DNA from: Candidatus Cloacimonadales bacterium
GTDB taxonomy: Bacteria > Cloacimonadota > Cloacimonadia > Cloacimonadales > JAFGVF01
NCBI GenBank assembly: GCA_963663475.2
Contig: CAXXJV010000001.1
Coordinates: 224,001-288,000, forward strand
DNA: 64,000 nucleotides
Direction of reading: 5' to 3'
Under the pieces are notes generated by a model that saw only the letters and a program-made list of their open reading frames with translations, did no database searches and had not been told where the DNA came from. Of this stretch, positions 63,617-64,000 are shown piece by piece; position 1 is the first letter of the stretch; each line of letters starts with the position of its first letter. The position numbers and the translations under genes were made by a program.

Positions 63617-64000
63617 CTATTTATCAATAATTCTTAAATTCTGTTTATATCTCTTGTTGAAAGGATCCAATTCAAGAGCTTTTTTTATATAATCTTTGGC
63701 AGCCTCTTTCTTTTTAAGAGTGAAATGAATAGAAGCTAAATTATTGTAAGCAAGTGCCTCATCTGGGTTAGCCTCTATTGCCTTGTTTAACAAGTCAATT
63801 GCTTGGTCATATTTTTTCTTTAAGGTCTTTTCTTCTGCAGCTTTAATATATTCTTGCCCTACCACAAACTTTTCTCTAATATCTTCATTATTGAGGATAT
63901 CATAAAGATGGATAAATTCTTGATTGGAAGGAAATTGAAGTCTTATTTTCTCACAAATTTCCAGGGCTTCTTCCCACTTACGAAGCATCATACAAACCCA
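63617..64000 (-). CDS. TPR protein, 5' end probably outside window
   Basis: TPR units (AYNNLASIHF...KKALELDP); reading frame stays open to the window edge. Confidence 0.75.
   Translation of the reverse strand, partial: WVCMMLRKWEEALEICEKIRLQFPSNQEFIHLYDILNNEDIREKFVVGQEYIKAAEEKTLKKKYDQAIDLLNKAIEANPDEALAYNNLASIHFTLKKKEAAKDYIKKALELDPFNKRYKQNLRIIDK

Overview
AT-rich bacterial chromosome segment, most likely Candidatus Cloacimonadota. This is an inference from a 16S carrying the GGATTAGGCATGCAAGTC Pla46 primer site, FlgD-Ig/T9SS-like C-terminal domains, a C25 gingipain-like protease and amino-acid fermentation genes. Housekeeping and metabolic content: a complete minus-strand rRNA operon (16S-23S-5S, no spacer tRNA, ~250-nt non-coding intervening sequence in 23S), a four-subunit 2-oxoacid:ferredoxin oxidoreductase operon, a YtrA-type GntR/ABC/sppA operon, a hybrid histidine kinase, a solo groEL with CIRCE, an ECF-like sigma factor, UGPase, hutU and a cysteine-desulfidase-like gene. 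Secreted proteins include a 2773-aa multidomain nuclease and the C25 protease. An intact IS21 element has a 5-bp target duplication. Intergenic DNA is dense with non-autonomous repeats: a ~165-bp MITE in 6 near-full and several partial copies, two REP-like families, long perfect palindromes and 7-9-nt microsatellites. The most intriguing candidate system is a duplicated two-gene module. A small protein made only of signal peptide, one conserved orphan beta-strand and a sorting domain is coupled to a multi-FGE/CLec protein that lacks a sorting domain and whose N-terminal Ig domain appears to lack its last strand. This suggests donor-strand piggy-back display of variable binding modules (hypothesis, untested).
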